From Anthoceros angustus (Eukaryota > Plantae > Anthocerotophyta), in NCBI GenBank assembly GCA_010909165.1, contig MU008158.1, positions 1,699,478 to 1,763,477 of the forward strand: DNA of 64,000 nucleotides, written 5' to 3'. The position numbers and the translations under genes were made by a program. This document shows, one piece after another, positions 23,985 through 37,160 of the stretch (position 1 is its first letter; every line of letters starts with the position of its first letter). Below the pieces are notes generated by a model. It searched no databases. It had not been told where the DNA came from and worked only from the letters and a program-made list of their open reading frames with translations.

Positions 23985-26900
23985 GTTAGGGAAGCTCCTG
24001 TATCGTATATGCTATGGAGCTTTTTGATCCTACGTTGGCCGTATTACTAGGCTTGGCTGGTTGGTACCACGTAAGGTTGCGCAGGAGATGGTTGTTTTTC
24101 TTGTGAGTCTCATGGGCCTTTCACATATAACAAAAAGGACAACCTCAATACAATATTTGCAATGAGTCTTGTAAAGAGTGATCAAGCCGTAATTTAAGGT
24201 TTCTCTTCGTTCACCACACGCTCCATCACAACGCACTCTTGACTGCTACATACCCATGAAAAACCTCACTATTAACATGGTATAGGCCCTGGTTCCTTTA
24301 GCCTTTCCGATATTCGTAATATTGAAATTAAGTATCATAAATGATATCATGACAGGCCATACCTCTTGCCCGTCATCAAGCCTTGCACGCCTAGGTTGCA
24401 TCCCGCGACCTTGGCTATAGCTAGATTCAAGTGAGTGCATTCTCATGCACCCTTCCTCCTTTTGCTCCATGTGGTGGAAGTAAAGTGAGGAGCTCTTTCC
24501 AGTAGACTATCTATATCATCACTAGGGATTACAAGCTTATGTATTACAAGTATGTTTTGCAAAGTGATGGAAGGGTCTTGAGGAAGCTTGGTTAGTGTTG
24601 AATTTCAATGATGTATGAGTGAAGGGTCATGTGTTTTGCCCTTAAGTGAAACGACATCTCAGTTGGGACCCTCGGCGGGACTTGTTGTAGTGTAGCAAGC
24701 TGGCTTAGTTCATCGATCCTATGTGGCATGTGTAGATTGCTTAGCTAACCTCTTTGTTTATCGGTTGGGTCGAACTTGCAATTTCTTGATAAGGTGTGGT
24801 GATACGATTCTGGTGGTGTGTTTAGGCGCTGTTTAGGGCTGAAACAAAGGCTCGGAGCATGCTGCCACGCTGAACACACACTCACTAGCTTCAAGTTGTT
24901 GTGTCTGTGTCAGGATTTCTTGCATGGATTGAAGTTTTGAAGGAGAACATGTTTGCAGGAAGGTCTATTGTGCATGTATTGAGGTTCAAAAAGTACCACA
25001 ATATCTCCAACTTACGAGGAAGCTTGTCCAAAAGGGGATGACGAAGAGATTTAGCAGCTGTTGACGTGGGCTTCCGTGCCCAATGAGTGAGCTCCTTGTC
25101 TTGATTAGGGGATCTACGGGCCCAGGGCGCACAACATAGGGTGTGCCAACTGTGAGGCAAGGGCACCTCACAAACGTAGGAGGAGGTGGTCAGCCATCTT
25201 TAGCACTCTCCTCTAGAAACAATAAGTGCCTCTCAGCAAACAGGATAATTTGGGAAGATAGGATTTGCATGAAGGGATCAGCCCTACGATCCAAGCAAGC
25301 CATGATCCCTTCTGCCCAAGCTGTGACTTAAAGCCAGGAGCCGCATATGCTTGCTCAAGCGGAGAGTACCAACCAGCTCCTCTTCCTCATGTTGGTGTGA
25401 TTGGAAGTTGTCCTACCATCCTATTGTGGATGCTCCTCATCACGTCCTACTAGCGTGTGCTGTTGTCTCACCCGCATGCCTCCTTGCCGGTGGGCAAACA
25501 AGGTTGCCCAAGTGGGCAAACAAGGTTGCCCAAGTGGGCAAACAAGCTTGCACAATCTCACGTTGGGTGCTCAAACTTGTTTGCACACTCATCTCGTGCT
25601 GACTGTTTTGTAACAAAAACGCTTGTATGGGATGAGTGGCGAACATGCACAAATAGTATACAAATCAGCCCGATTATCTTCACCTCTTCAAAGCGCGGTG
25701 CTCTACCATGGATGCGGCACATTGTGACCAAATGAACATGTAGGGTGTGGATTTGAACACCACATTAAAATTAGCAAACACCCTTAAAAAAAAGCCTAAA
25801 AAAAAGCGAATACATATTTTTGCCCAAAAAAAAATGGGATTTCAGCCATAACCCTTTTTGCGGAGAAACTACTTTCTACCGGATGTTTGTTAGGAAGCTC
25901 TGTATCGATATGCTATGGAGCTTTTTGATCCCTCGTTGGCCGTATTACTAGGCTTGGTTGGTACCACGTAAGGTTGCAGAGATGGTTGTTTTTCTTGTGA
26001 GTCTCATGGGCCTTTCACATATAACAAAAAGGACAACCTCAATACAATATTTGCAATGAGTCTTGTAAAGAGTGATCAAGCCGTAATTTAAGGTTTCTCT
26101 TCGTTCACCACACGCTCCATCACAACGCACTCTTGACTGCTACATACCCATGAAAAACCTCACTATTAACATGGTATAGGCCCTGGTTCCTTTAGCCTTT
26201 CCGATATTCGTAATATTGAAATTAAGTATCATAAATGATATCATGACAGGCCATACCTCTTGCCCGTCATCAAGCCTTGCACGCCTAGGTTGCATCCCGC
26301 GACCTTGGCTATAGCTAGATTCGAAGGCTGGGTAGCTGCATTCTCATGCACCCCTTCCTCCTTTTGCTCCATGTGGCTGGAGAAGTAAAGTGAGGAGCTC
26401 TTTCCAGTAGACTATCTATATCATCACTAGGGATTACAAGCTTATGTATTACAAGTATGTTTTGCAAAGTGATGGAAGGGTCTTGAGGAAGCTTGGTTAG
26501 TGTTGAATTTCAATGATGTATGAGTGAAGGGCTGTGTGTGTTTTGCCCTTAAGTGAGAACGACATCTCACAGTTGGGACCCTCGGCGGGACTTGTTGTAG
26601 TGTAGCAAGCTGGCTTAGTTCATCGATCCTATGTGGCATGTGTAGATTGCTTAGCTAACCTCTTTGTTTATCGGTTGGGTCGAACTTGCAATTTCTTGAT
26701 AAGGTGTGGTGATCGATTACGGTGGTGTGTTTAGGGTTAGGGCTGAAACAAAGGCTCGGAGCATGCTGCCACGCTGAACACACTCACTAGCTTCAAGTTG
26801 TTGTGTCTGTGTCAGGATTTCTTGCATGGATTGAAGTTTTGAAGGAGAACATGTTTGCAGGAAGGTCTATTGTGCATGTATTGAGGTTCAAAAAGTACCA

Positions 26901-27052
26901 CAATATCTCCAACTTACGAGGAAGCTTGTCCAAAGGGATGTGAAGAGATTTAGCTTGCTGAGGGCCGTGTGCCCAATGAGTGAGCTCCTTGTCTTGATTA
27001 GGGGATCTACGGGCCCGCACAACATAGGGTGTGCCAACCGTGAGGCAAGGGC

Positions 27053-29811
27053 ACCTCACAAGCGTGGAGGAGGTGGTCACCATCTTTAGCACTCTCCTCT
27101 AGAAACAATAAGTGCCTCTCAAGCAGGATAATTTGGGAAGATAGGATTTGCATGAAGGATCACCCCACGATCCAAGCCATGATCCTTCTCGCCTAAGTTG
27201 TGACTTAAAGCCGAGCCGCATGCTTGCTCAAGCGGAGAGTACCAACCAGCTCCTCTTCCTCATGTTGGTGTGATTGGAAGTTGTCCTACCATCCTATTGT
27301 GGATGCTCCTCATCACGTCCTACTAGCGTGTGCTGTTGTCTCACCCGCACAGCCTCCTATCCGCTTGCCCATGAGCTCGTTGGAAGGAATGCTTGGTTGA
27401 TTAGTGGTCTTGTCAGATAGGTATATGTGTGGGCTTTAGTCGCAAGTTGGATAGCTGCATTCTCATGCACCCCTTCCTCCTTGTGCTCCCTGTGGCTAGA
27501 GAATTAGAGTGAGGAGCTCTTTCCAACAGCCCATTTGTATCATCACTAGGGATTACAAGCTTATGTATTACAAGTGTGTTTTGCAAAGTGATGGAAGAGT
27601 CACGAGGAAGCTTGGCGGTGTTGTCGCCGTGTTGAATTTCATTTATGTATGAGTGAAGGGCTGTCCCTTAAGTGAAAACGACATCTCACATATATTTTTA
27701 ATAGAATTTTCACTACACTAAAATCTTAATACAAGGAGGTAGGCATTCTGAAATTAATCAGGTGTATATTTTCAATAGAATCCTAATTACACTAAAATCT
27801 CAATTCGAAAGAAAGACGAAGAAAAGAATTTTATTAAAGTCCATTAAAGACGGATTTCCGTCATGGGACTTGGTACTTAACAACTTGTACCATGGTATGC
27901 CTAAGCTACTTGCACCAAGGGCATCCATTCCTTTTAAGTACCCCATCTAAGTACCGATCAAAGCGCAGCATGCTTAATAACCATGCTTATAAATGTGTGT
28001 CCATTTGGCCTAAGCCATTTGGACACACAAAGGGTTGGGGCCGGTTGGCCGTTCTGGGATAAACCAAGTACATATTCGCGGCGGCGGCGGCCGCGGCCTC
28101 GACCAATTATAGACCCCTGCGCTGTGGAATGAGGTGCTTTTAACTTCCTTTTCATCGTGAGTTAGAATTGAATGTAGATGGATGTCTCGTCAAATGAGGC
28201 GCGTTCTGTATGCGCCATGTGCTGTCCTCGACTCATTATGTGCACTGTTACGACTTAAATATGCGGCCGGCAGCAAACTTCCACGGAAACGCTTGGCAGA
28301 GTACGATGCTGGATGAGGTGCCAGGCCTGTGCAACGTACCGCATCTGGCTGCAAACTGGACAAAAACGGGTCTTGAGGTGGTGGCGAGCGGAGGACAAAA
28401 TGGTTTGCGGCGGTGTTGTCACGCTCGACCTCACAAGCGTGGGAGGAGGTGGTCAGCCATCTTTAGCACTCTCCTCTAGAAACAATAAGTGCCTCTCGGC
28501 CAAGCAGGATAATTTGGGAAGATAGGATTTGCATGAAGGATCGCCCTACGATCCAAGCAAGCCATGATCCTTTTAAGTGACTTAAAGCCAGGAGCCGCAT
28601 ATGCTTGCTCAAGCGGAGAGTACCAACCAGCTCCTCTTCCTCATGTTGGTGTGATTGGAAGTTGTCCTACCATCCTATTGTGGATGCTCCTCATCACGTC
28701 CTACTAGCGTGTGCTGTTGTCTCACCCGCACAACCTCCTATCCGCTTGCCCATGAGCTCGTTGGAAGGAATGCTTGGTTGATTAGTGGTCTTGTCAGATA
28801 GGTATATGTGTGGGCTTTAGTCGCAAGTTGGATAGCTGCATTCTCATGCACCCCTTCCTCCTTGTGCTCCCTGTGGCTAGAGAATTAGAGTGAGGAGCTC
28901 TTTCCAACAGCCCATTTGTATCATCACTAGGGATTACAAGCTTATGTATTACAAGTGTGTTTTGCAAAGTGATGGAAGAGTCCTGAGGAAGCTTGGCCAG
29001 TGTTGTCAGGCCGTGTTGAATTTCATTTATGTATGAGTGAAGGGCTGTCCCTTAAGTGAAAACGACATCTCACATATATTTTTAATAGAATTTTCACTAC
29101 ACTAAAATCTTAATACAAGGAGGTAGGCATTCTGAAATTAATCAGGTGTATATTTTCAATAGAATCCTAATTACACTAAAATCTCAATTCGAAAGAAAGA
29201 CGAAGAAAAGAATTTTATTAAAGTCCATTAAAGACGGATTTCCGTCATGGGACTTAACTTAACAACTTGTACCATGGTATGCCTAAGCTACTTGCACCAA
29301 GGGCATCCATTCCTTTTAAGTACCCCATCTAAGTACCGATCAAAGCGCAGCATGCTTAATAACCATGCTTATAAATGTGTGTCCATTTGGCCTAAGCCAT
29401 TTGGACACACAAAGGGTTGGGGCCGGTTGGCCGTTCTGGGATAAACCAAGTACATATTCGCGGCGGCGGCGGCGCGGCCTCGACCAATTATAGACCCCTG
29501 CGCTGTGGAATGAGGTGCTTTTAACTTCCTTTTCATCGTGAGTTAGAATTGAATGTAGATGGATGTCTCGTCAAATGAGGCGCGTTCTGTATGCGCCATG
29601 TGCTGTCCTCGACTCATTATGTGCACTGTTACGACTTAAATATGCGGCCGGCAGCAAACTTCCACGGAAACGCTTGGCAGAGTACGATGCTGGATGAGGT
29701 GCCAGGCCTGTGCAACGTACCGCATCTGGCTGCAAACTGGACAAAAACGGGTCTTGAGGTGGTGGCGAGCGGAGGACAAAATGGTTTGCGGCGGTGTTGT
29801 CACGCTCGACC
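27053..29811. repeat. Tandem duplication of a ~1.38 kb unit (27053-28430 / 28428-29811)
   Basis: Near-identical copies; each includes the 3' flank and last codons of the adjacent PPR gene (tcacgctcgacc). Confidence 0.92.
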
Positions 29812-32800
29812 CTTACAACTGCAACAACCAGCTGCAAATCGATGTACACGGTACCCATCCCTTAAAACAATATCTCTCTTTTCAACCCTTGACATAATCT
29901 CCGTGGAAGTGTGGCAGTCACTGCACATGCGTAGATTCTTCGTTACCAGAAGAGGTGCTCCACTTGGAGTGTTCAAAAGACCAAAAGCCAGAGCCAGCTT
30001 TTCAGCATGCCCGCAAAGCGCATCTTCCTTTTCCTTCTCACACACAGGCTTCAACACCAACTTTGTGTGTGGTGCGTGGCCCCCTTCCTGCTTCAGACGT
30101 GCATTCATGCGCTCCACCTTAAACGCAATATCATCTCTGTTTTCTCCCACCACAAATGTATGCACCTGCTTCTTCACCTCAATGCTGGCTACTGCAGGTT
30201 TCTTGTTAGCTCCTGCTGCCGTCCTTTGTTTTTCAATCCTCTCTACATCGGTCCACCTACCTGCATCTGCAAAGGCATTGGCCATGAGCACATATGCCGA
30301 TGCACCCTGAGGTCCAGCTAACAATGCTTTCAAAACACCACATCGCCCTCTCTATATCCCCGTGACTCTTGCAAGCATGCAGCAAAGACGTCAACCCCAC
30401 AACATTGCTTTGGCTCTCACATGATAATAGCATGTTCTCCGCGTCATCTAAGTGGCCTGCCCGCCCAAGAAGATCAATCATGCAATTGTAATGCTCAACA
30501 GTAGGTATGATGCCATGCTGTTCAGCCATGGAATCAAAGTGCTTGCGACCCTCATGCACCAGTCCCTCGTGACTGCATGCTGCTAACAGGCAAGTAAAAG
30601 TAGCATCATTAGGCTGAACACCGGCGATTAACATCTCGTGAAAACAGGCTAGTGCATAGTGACCATCATCACACGTACCACACCCAGCAATGAGGGCATT
30701 CCATGTCACCACATTCTTTGTGGCCAAGCTGTCAAAAACCTGGCGTGAATCTGTCAGTTCTCCACATTTTGCATACATGTCCACCAGGCCGTTGCCCAGC
30801 ACTATGTTATCCAGCTGTCCCATTTCGACAATCTGTGAGTGGAGCTGCCTGCCCTTCTGTAAGGCACCAACGCTTGCACAGGCCTTCAGAAGGCAAGCAA
30901 AAGTAACATGGTTAGCCAAAATCAGGCCCTCTTGCTCCATTTGTGCGTACACAACAAGCGCCTCTTGGCCAAGCCCTTGCTGTGCATACCCACCAATGAG
31001 GGCATTCCATGTCGCCACATCCTTTGTGACCAGGCTGTCAAAAACCTCGCGTGCATCTTTCAGTTCACCACATTTTGCATACATGTCCACCAGGCAGTTG
31101 CCCAACATTACGTTATCCAGCAGTCCTCTTTTCAACAATCTGTGAGTGCAGCTGCCTGCCCTTCTGTAAGGCACCAGTGCTTGCACAGGCCTTCAGAAGG
31201 CAAGCAAAAGTAACATGGTCAGCCACAATCAGGCCTCTGCTCCATTTGTCCATACAGAACAAGCGCCTCTTGGCCCCTTGCTGTGCATACCCCAATCAGG
31301 GCATTCCATGTCACCACATCCTTTGTGGCCAATCTGTCAAAAACCTGGCGTGCATCTTCCAGTTCACCACATTTTGCATACATGTCCACCAGGCAGGTGC
31401 CCAACACTATGTTATCTAGCTGTCCTCGTTCCACAATCTGGAAGTGCAGTTGCCTGCCCTTCGATAAGGCACGAATGCTTGCACAGGCCTTCAGAAGGCA
31501 AGCAAAAGTAACATGGTCAGCCAAAATCAGGCCCTCCTGCTCCATTTGTCCATACAGAACAAGCGCCTCTTGGCCAAGCCTTGCTGCATACCCAGCTATC
31601 AGGGCATTCCATGTCACCACATCCTTTGTGGCCAAGCTGTCAAAAACCTGGCGTGCATCTTCCAGTTCACCACATTTTGCATACATGTCCACCAGGCAGG
31701 TGCCCAACATTACGTTATCCAGCAGTCCTCTTTCCACAATCTGTGAGTGCAGCTGCCTGCCCTTCTGTAAGGCACCAGTGCTTGCACAGGCCTTCAGAAG
31801 GCAAAAGTAACATGGTCAGCCAAAATCAGGCCCTCCTGCTCCATTTGTCCATACACAACAAGTGCCTCTTGGCCAAGCCCTTGCTGTGCATACCCACCAA
31901 TGAGGGCATTCCATGTCGCCACATCCTTTGTGACCAGGCTGTCAAAAACCTCGCGTGCATCTTTCAGTTCACCACATTTTGCATACATGTCCACCAGGGA
32001 GGTGCCCAACGCTATGTCACCTAGCAGTCCTCTTTCAACAGCCTGTGAGTGCAGCTGCCTGCCCTTCTGTAAGGCACCAGCACTTGCGCAGGCATTCAGA
32101 AGGCAAGCAAAAGTAACATGGTCAGCCAAAATCAGGTCCTCTTGCTCCATTTGTCCATACAGAACAAGCGCCTCCTGGCCAAGCCCTTGCTGTGCATACC
32201 CTCCAATTAGGGCCGTCCATGTGACCACATCCTTTGTGGCCAAACTGTCAAAAACCTGGCGCGCATCTTGCAGTTTACCACATTTTGCATACATGTCCAC
32301 CAGGCAGGTCCCCAACATTACGTTCTTCAGCTGTCCTCTTTCCACAATCTGGGAGTGCAGCTGCATGCCCGTCTGTATGGCACCAGCGGTTGCACAGGCC
32401 TTCAGAAGGCAAGCAAAAGTAACATCGTCAGCCATAATCGGGCCTTCCTGCTCCATTTGTTCATACAGAACAAGCGCCTCTTGACCCAGCCCTTGCTGTG
32501 CACAACCAGCTATCAGGGCATTCCATGTCACCACATTTTTTGAGGCCATGCTCTCAAACACTTGGCGTGCATCTTCCAGTTCGCCACATTTTGCATACAT
32601 GTCCACGAGGCAGGTGCCCAACATTACGTTATCTAGCAGTCCCCTTTCCGCAATCTGTGAGTGCAGGTGCCTGCCCATCTGTATGGCACCTGCCTTTGAA
32701 CAGGCCTTCACAAGGCAAGCAAAAGTGACATGGTCAGCCACAATCAGGCCCTCCTGCTCCATTTGTCCATAGACAACAAGTGCCTCTTGCTCAAGCCCTT

Positions 32801-34229
32801 GCTGTGCGTATCCTGAAATCAGGGCATTCCATGTCACCACATCCTTTTTGGGCAAGCTGTCAAAAACGTGGCGTGCATCTTTCAGTTTGCCACATTTCAC
32901 ATACATGTCCACCAGGCAGTTGCCAACCACTATGTTATCCAGCTGCCCACTTTTGACAATCTGTGAGTGCAACTGCCTGCCCTTCAGTATTGCACCAGTG
33001 CTTGCACAGGCCTTCAGAAGGCAAGAAAAAGTAACAGCGTTAGCCACATACAGGCCCTCGTGCTCCATTTGTCCATACAGAACAAGCGCCTCTTGGCCAA
33101 GCCCTTGCTGAGTATACCCAGCAATCAGGGCCGTCCATGCCACTACATTTTTTGTGGCCAAGCTGTCAAATACCTGGCGTGCATCTTCCAGCTCGCCACA
33201 TTTTGCATACATGTCCACCAGGCAGCTGCCAACATACAAGTTAACAGGAATGCCAGTGTGCAACAGATCCGAGTGCACTTGTCTGCCAGACTCCAAGTCG
33301 GTGGCAAATGCACAAGCTTGAAGGGCAGCTGTGAAGACGGGACCATCGGCCTTCACACCTGACCTGCGCATCTCATGGTAGAGTCGTATGGCCTCATTTG
33401 GTTTCCCATGCTTAGCATAAGCAGAGATTATGGAAGACCACATGAAGGCATCTGGTTTGCCTACCCTGGTGAACACATCCATGGCCTCCTGTAGCCTACC
33501 TCCACATGCATACATGCGCAGGATATGGTTCCCCAAGTATGCATTCGACTCGTACCCCAGCTTGACAGTGAGATCATGAACTCGTTTCCCCACGACCAAA
33601 TCCTTCTTAGCTATACACAGCTTTAGCACATCATAAAACAGAGACGGAGCAATAGGAAAGTCCGTCTGCGCCAGAGATTCCAGGGCTCCAACGGCCTCGA
33701 TAAGCTTGCCCTGCTGACATAGCGTGCTCACGGTTACGACCCACATTGCCGATCCTGCAAGCCTGCCAGGCTCAGGCTTGTACGGAGGGCTCGACTTGGA
33801 AGGAGAGACACCATGACCCATCTGCATGTCCAAGGACCTGAGCTGCTCATCCACCCAAGCTGGCTTGAACAAGTTGTCTAACCACAGGACCTCCCCGCCG
33901 CAGCCCTTACGCCGGAAGTCAGGCGAACGGGAGCTCTTCTTATCTCGCCTGTTGTCCCACCACATGCTAGGGTCCAGAAAAAATTGTTGCCACAAGAGCT
34001 CCTGGTCCTGCTCCTTTCGATGCCCATCGCTGGAGAATCGTTCCCCGCCCACAGATTTTCTCGGAAGTGGAAGTTCTGGGTGCTTTTCACTGCTGCCCCT
34101 GGAGGCCTGGTTGTTTTCCAGCGGTTGACTCCCTAAGGCGAGATGAGCGGCAACCCCTCGGACAGTCCCTGCATACCCACCAATTTGTTGGGTCCACAAC
34201 GGGTCCGGTTGCCATATTGTGGCCATCAT
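29800..34229 (-). CDS. PLS-class PPR protein A with N-terminal PDF-like motif and DYW:KP (GRP-type, ends GRA) domain; ~32 PPR motifs; several frameshifts as assembled
   Basis: ORF pieces 31794-34262, 31219-31737, 31113-31295, 30257-31186 and 29800-30333 are collinear PLS repeats followed by E1/E2, KPAVASIEV, HAEKLA, CSDCH and CCSCKGRA*. Confidence 0.88.
33840..34001 (-). other. PDF-like motif (OSB-type ssDNA-binding repeat) in PPR A
   Basis: ELLWQQFFLDPSMWWDNRRDKKSSRSPDFRRKGCGGEVLWLDNLFKPAWVDEQL. Confidence 0.8.
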
Positions 34230-34814
34230 CCTGTGACCGCTCTCGGAAGGTAAGGTGCGCAACGAACCAAAACTATTTGGACCGTGCTAGGATGGCTTGC
34301 ATGACCTCACCGCCATTTGCAATCGCAGTTTGGTTTTCCATTATCTACCGCTGGCAGGGATACCAGAAACGTTAGCAGTGTGCCCCAGTCAAAATCTCCG
34401 TGACATGTATGTAGACATAGAACGGAACTCGTTTGAAGCAGAAGCCCTGGTCTGCCTGATGGAAGCCAGCGAGTTAACTTTTCTGTTGAGGAAAATCGTG
34501 TAGTTGTAGAGACCGTGTAGTTCTACGGACCAGAGCCAGTTGGGGCTGGACAACAGAAACCACCACCTACACTATCACAAGCCTAGGCTTGCCTAGAACC
34601 AAATTTGGTGAACCATCTAAGAATCTCTTCAGAGGTCATGGCCGTCGAGCAGTAGGGGGATGCCAGATGCCTTACTCCTGGCGTTCTTCTGTGCAAGTGG
34701 ATTGCAGCTGGCTGCAAAGGCCCGGGGAGAGCCTGCCTGTGCCAGGGGCGCTGTCAAGAGCTTTAGCTTGTGCTGAAAGTACTGGACATGCCATGAGCAG
34801 GCCCAGAACCTCCG

Positions 34815-37160
34815 TCAATATCCGTCCCTACATGAACAAGACCCATTTAGGAACCGATGTACCCGATGTGCGTCTCTTACTATGATCTCTCGCTTCTCAA
34901 CGTGTGACATTATCTTGGAGCTATCGTGACAGTCATTGCACATGCGAAGATTTTTGGTGACAAGCAAAGTTGTGCCATCTGGTGTATTCAGCAGACCATA
35001 GGCCAAGGCTAGTTTCTCAGCATGCCCACACAGTGCGTCCTCCTTTTCCTCCTCAGAAATGGGCCTCAACACCAGCTGCGTCTGTGGCACGTGGCCCCCT
35101 TCCTCCTTCAACCTCATATTCATGCTCCTCACCTTGGATGATATGTCAGACCTGTCTTCCCCTACTGTAAACTCGTGCACTTCACTCTTAACTTCGATGC
35201 ATGCCTTTGCAGGCTTCTTCCTAGCACCTGCTGACTTTCTCAACCTCTCTATCCTATCCACATCGTCCCACATGCCTGCATTCGCATAAATGTTCCCCAA
35301 CAGCGAGTAAGGACTTGCATCCTCTGCTCGCAGTTCTACGAGATGCTCAAAACATCGTCTTCCACGCTCTACATCACCGTGGCTTTTACACGCGGTCAGC
35401 AACGCTGTCCAGCCTACCACCTTATCCAAAAACGATGTGGTTTGCAGAAGGTGTTCAGCCTCATCCAGCTTGCCTGACCGACCAAGGAGATCAACCATGC
35501 AGTTGTAGTGAGAATCGGTGGGCATAATCCCACAGTCCTCAACCATCATCTTGAAAAACCGACGGCCCTCATGCACCAGCCCAGAATGACTGCATGCCGC
35601 AAGGAGACACAGGAAGCTTGTCTCATTTGGCTTCACACCATCCTCAAGCATCTGCTCGAAACAACGAATTGCTGTCTCACCGTCACTATGTTCAGCATAG
35701 CCATTAAGGAGAGCGTTCCATGTCACCACATCTCTCCTAGGTAGGCTGTGGAACACTTTGTGAGCATGCTCCAAGCTCCCACATTTTGCATACATGTCCA
35801 CCAGGCAGCTGGCAATGAAGCCATCAGCTTCAAGACCGCTATCGTGGATCTGCGAATGAAGCTTCTGCCCTTGCTGCAGCGCCCCCACACTAGCGCATGC
35901 TTGAAGCAGGCACACATATGCAACACGATCACTGGGACTGATGCCCTCACGTTGCATACTGGCATACAGAGCCAGGGCTTCACGCCCAAGCCCCTGCTTA
36001 GAATAGGCTGCAAGCATGGATGTCCATGTCACCACATTTCTTATGGGCAATCTGTCGAATACTTCGCGAGCATCTTCCAGCCTCCCACATTTGGAGTACA
36101 TATCCACCAGACAGCTGCCAACAAAAACGTCAGCTTCAAGGCCTCTTTCACGAATCTGCAAGTGAAGCTGCTTCCCCTCCTGAAGGGCTCCCAGACTGGC
36201 ACAGGCTTGAAGAAGGCACACAAACGTGACATGATCAGGCCTCGTTGTGCCCTCCTGTTGCATACTTGCGTGCAGGGCCAGAGCCTCTCGCCCGAGCCCC
36301 TGCTGAGTGTATCCGGCCATCATGGTATTCCATGCCACCACATCCCTCCTGGGCAGGCTGTCGAACACCTTGCGAGCGTCACCCAAGCTGCCGCACTTAG
36401 CATACATGTTGAGCAGACTGGTGGCCACGAAAATATCCCCCTCTCCACCACTCGCCCTTACATCAGCATGCACCTGCTTGCCAGAGCACAGGTCATGTGC
36501 TGAGGCACAGGCCGTCAGGGCTGCCACGAAGATACGATTATCAGGCTCCACACTCGCAGCCTCTCGCATCCGCCGATACAGGATTATAGCCTCCTTAGGC
36601 TGTCCATGTCGGGTATGCGCAAAGATGATGGAGGACCACATGTAGACATCGGGGCTGGACACTTGGGTGAAGACCTGCACTGCCTCTTCCAATTTGCCAT
36701 GACAAGCATACATCCCGATCATGTGGTTGGCCAGGAATGCATTGCATTCATACCCACTAACGACAATAAGACCATGAACCCGCCTCCCCAACACGAGGTC
36801 CTTCCGCGCCACGCACCTCTTTAACAGTCGATACAGGAGACCGGTATTAACCCGGCATCCTCGCTGCTGCACCAGAACATCCAACGCATCCACAGCCTCG
36901 CCCAGCTCCGCCTCCTCGCATCGCTTAACCAAGGCCTCAACCGCCGAGCCTGGACTTGGTCCCTGCTCAATCCCACGCGGTAGCGCAGCATCCCACTGGG
37001 CAGGCTCCGAGTTGCTGAGCCCCAGCTGCTCCTTGAAGGCTCTATGGTTCTTCAATCCTCTCTTGTCCCAACAAACGTTGCGAGAAGAAGACGGGACCCC
37101 CAAGATGCGCGAGTCCGGAAGTGGCAGGCTGGGCGGAGGCAAAACCAGCGGCATCGCCAT
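34815..37160 (-). CDS. PLS-class PPR protein B with DYW:KP (DRH-like, ends DGY) domain; 14 PPR motifs; intronless
   Basis: PLS triplets, P2L2S2, E1/E2, KPAKACIEV, HAEKLA, CNDCH, CSCRDGY*; Ser/Pro-rich N-terminus compatible with an organellar transit peptide. Confidence 0.93.
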   Translation of the reverse strand: MAMPLVLPPPSLPLPDSRILGVPSSSRNVCWDKRGLKNHRAFKEQLGLSNSEPAQWDAALPRGIEQGPSPGSAVEALVKRCEEAELGEAVDALDVLVQQRGCRVNTGLLYRLLKRCVARKDLVLGRRVHGLIVVSGYECNAFLANHMIGMYACHGKLEEAVQVFTQVSSPDVYMWSSIIFAHTRHGQPKEAIILYRRMREAASVEPDNRIFVAALTACASAHDLCSGKQVHADVRASGGEGDIFVATSLLNMYAKCGSLGDARKVFDSLPRRDVVAWNTMMAGYTQQGLGREALALHASMQQEGTTRPDHVTFVCLLQACASLGALQEGKQLHLQIRERGLEADVFVGSCLVDMYSKCGRLEDAREVFDRLPIRNVVTWTSMLAAYSKQGLGREALALYASMQREGISPSDRVAYVCLLQACASVGALQQGQKLHSQIHDSGLEADGFIASCLVDMYAKCGSLEHAHKVFHSLPRRDVVTWNALLNGYAEHSDGETAIRCFEQMLEDGVKPNETSFLCLLAACSHSGLVHEGRRFFKMMVEDCGIMPTDSHYNCMVDLLGRSGKLDEAEHLLQTTSFLDKVVGWTALLTACKSHGDVERGRRCFEHLVELRAEDASPYSLLGNIYANAGMWDDVDRIERLRKSAGARKKPAKACIEVKSEVHEFTVGEDRSDISSKVRSMNMRLKEEGGHVPQTQLVLRPISEEEKEDALCGHAEKLALAYGLLNTPDGTTLLVTKNLRMCNDCHDSSKIMSHVEKREIIVRDAHRVHRFLNGSCSCRDGY

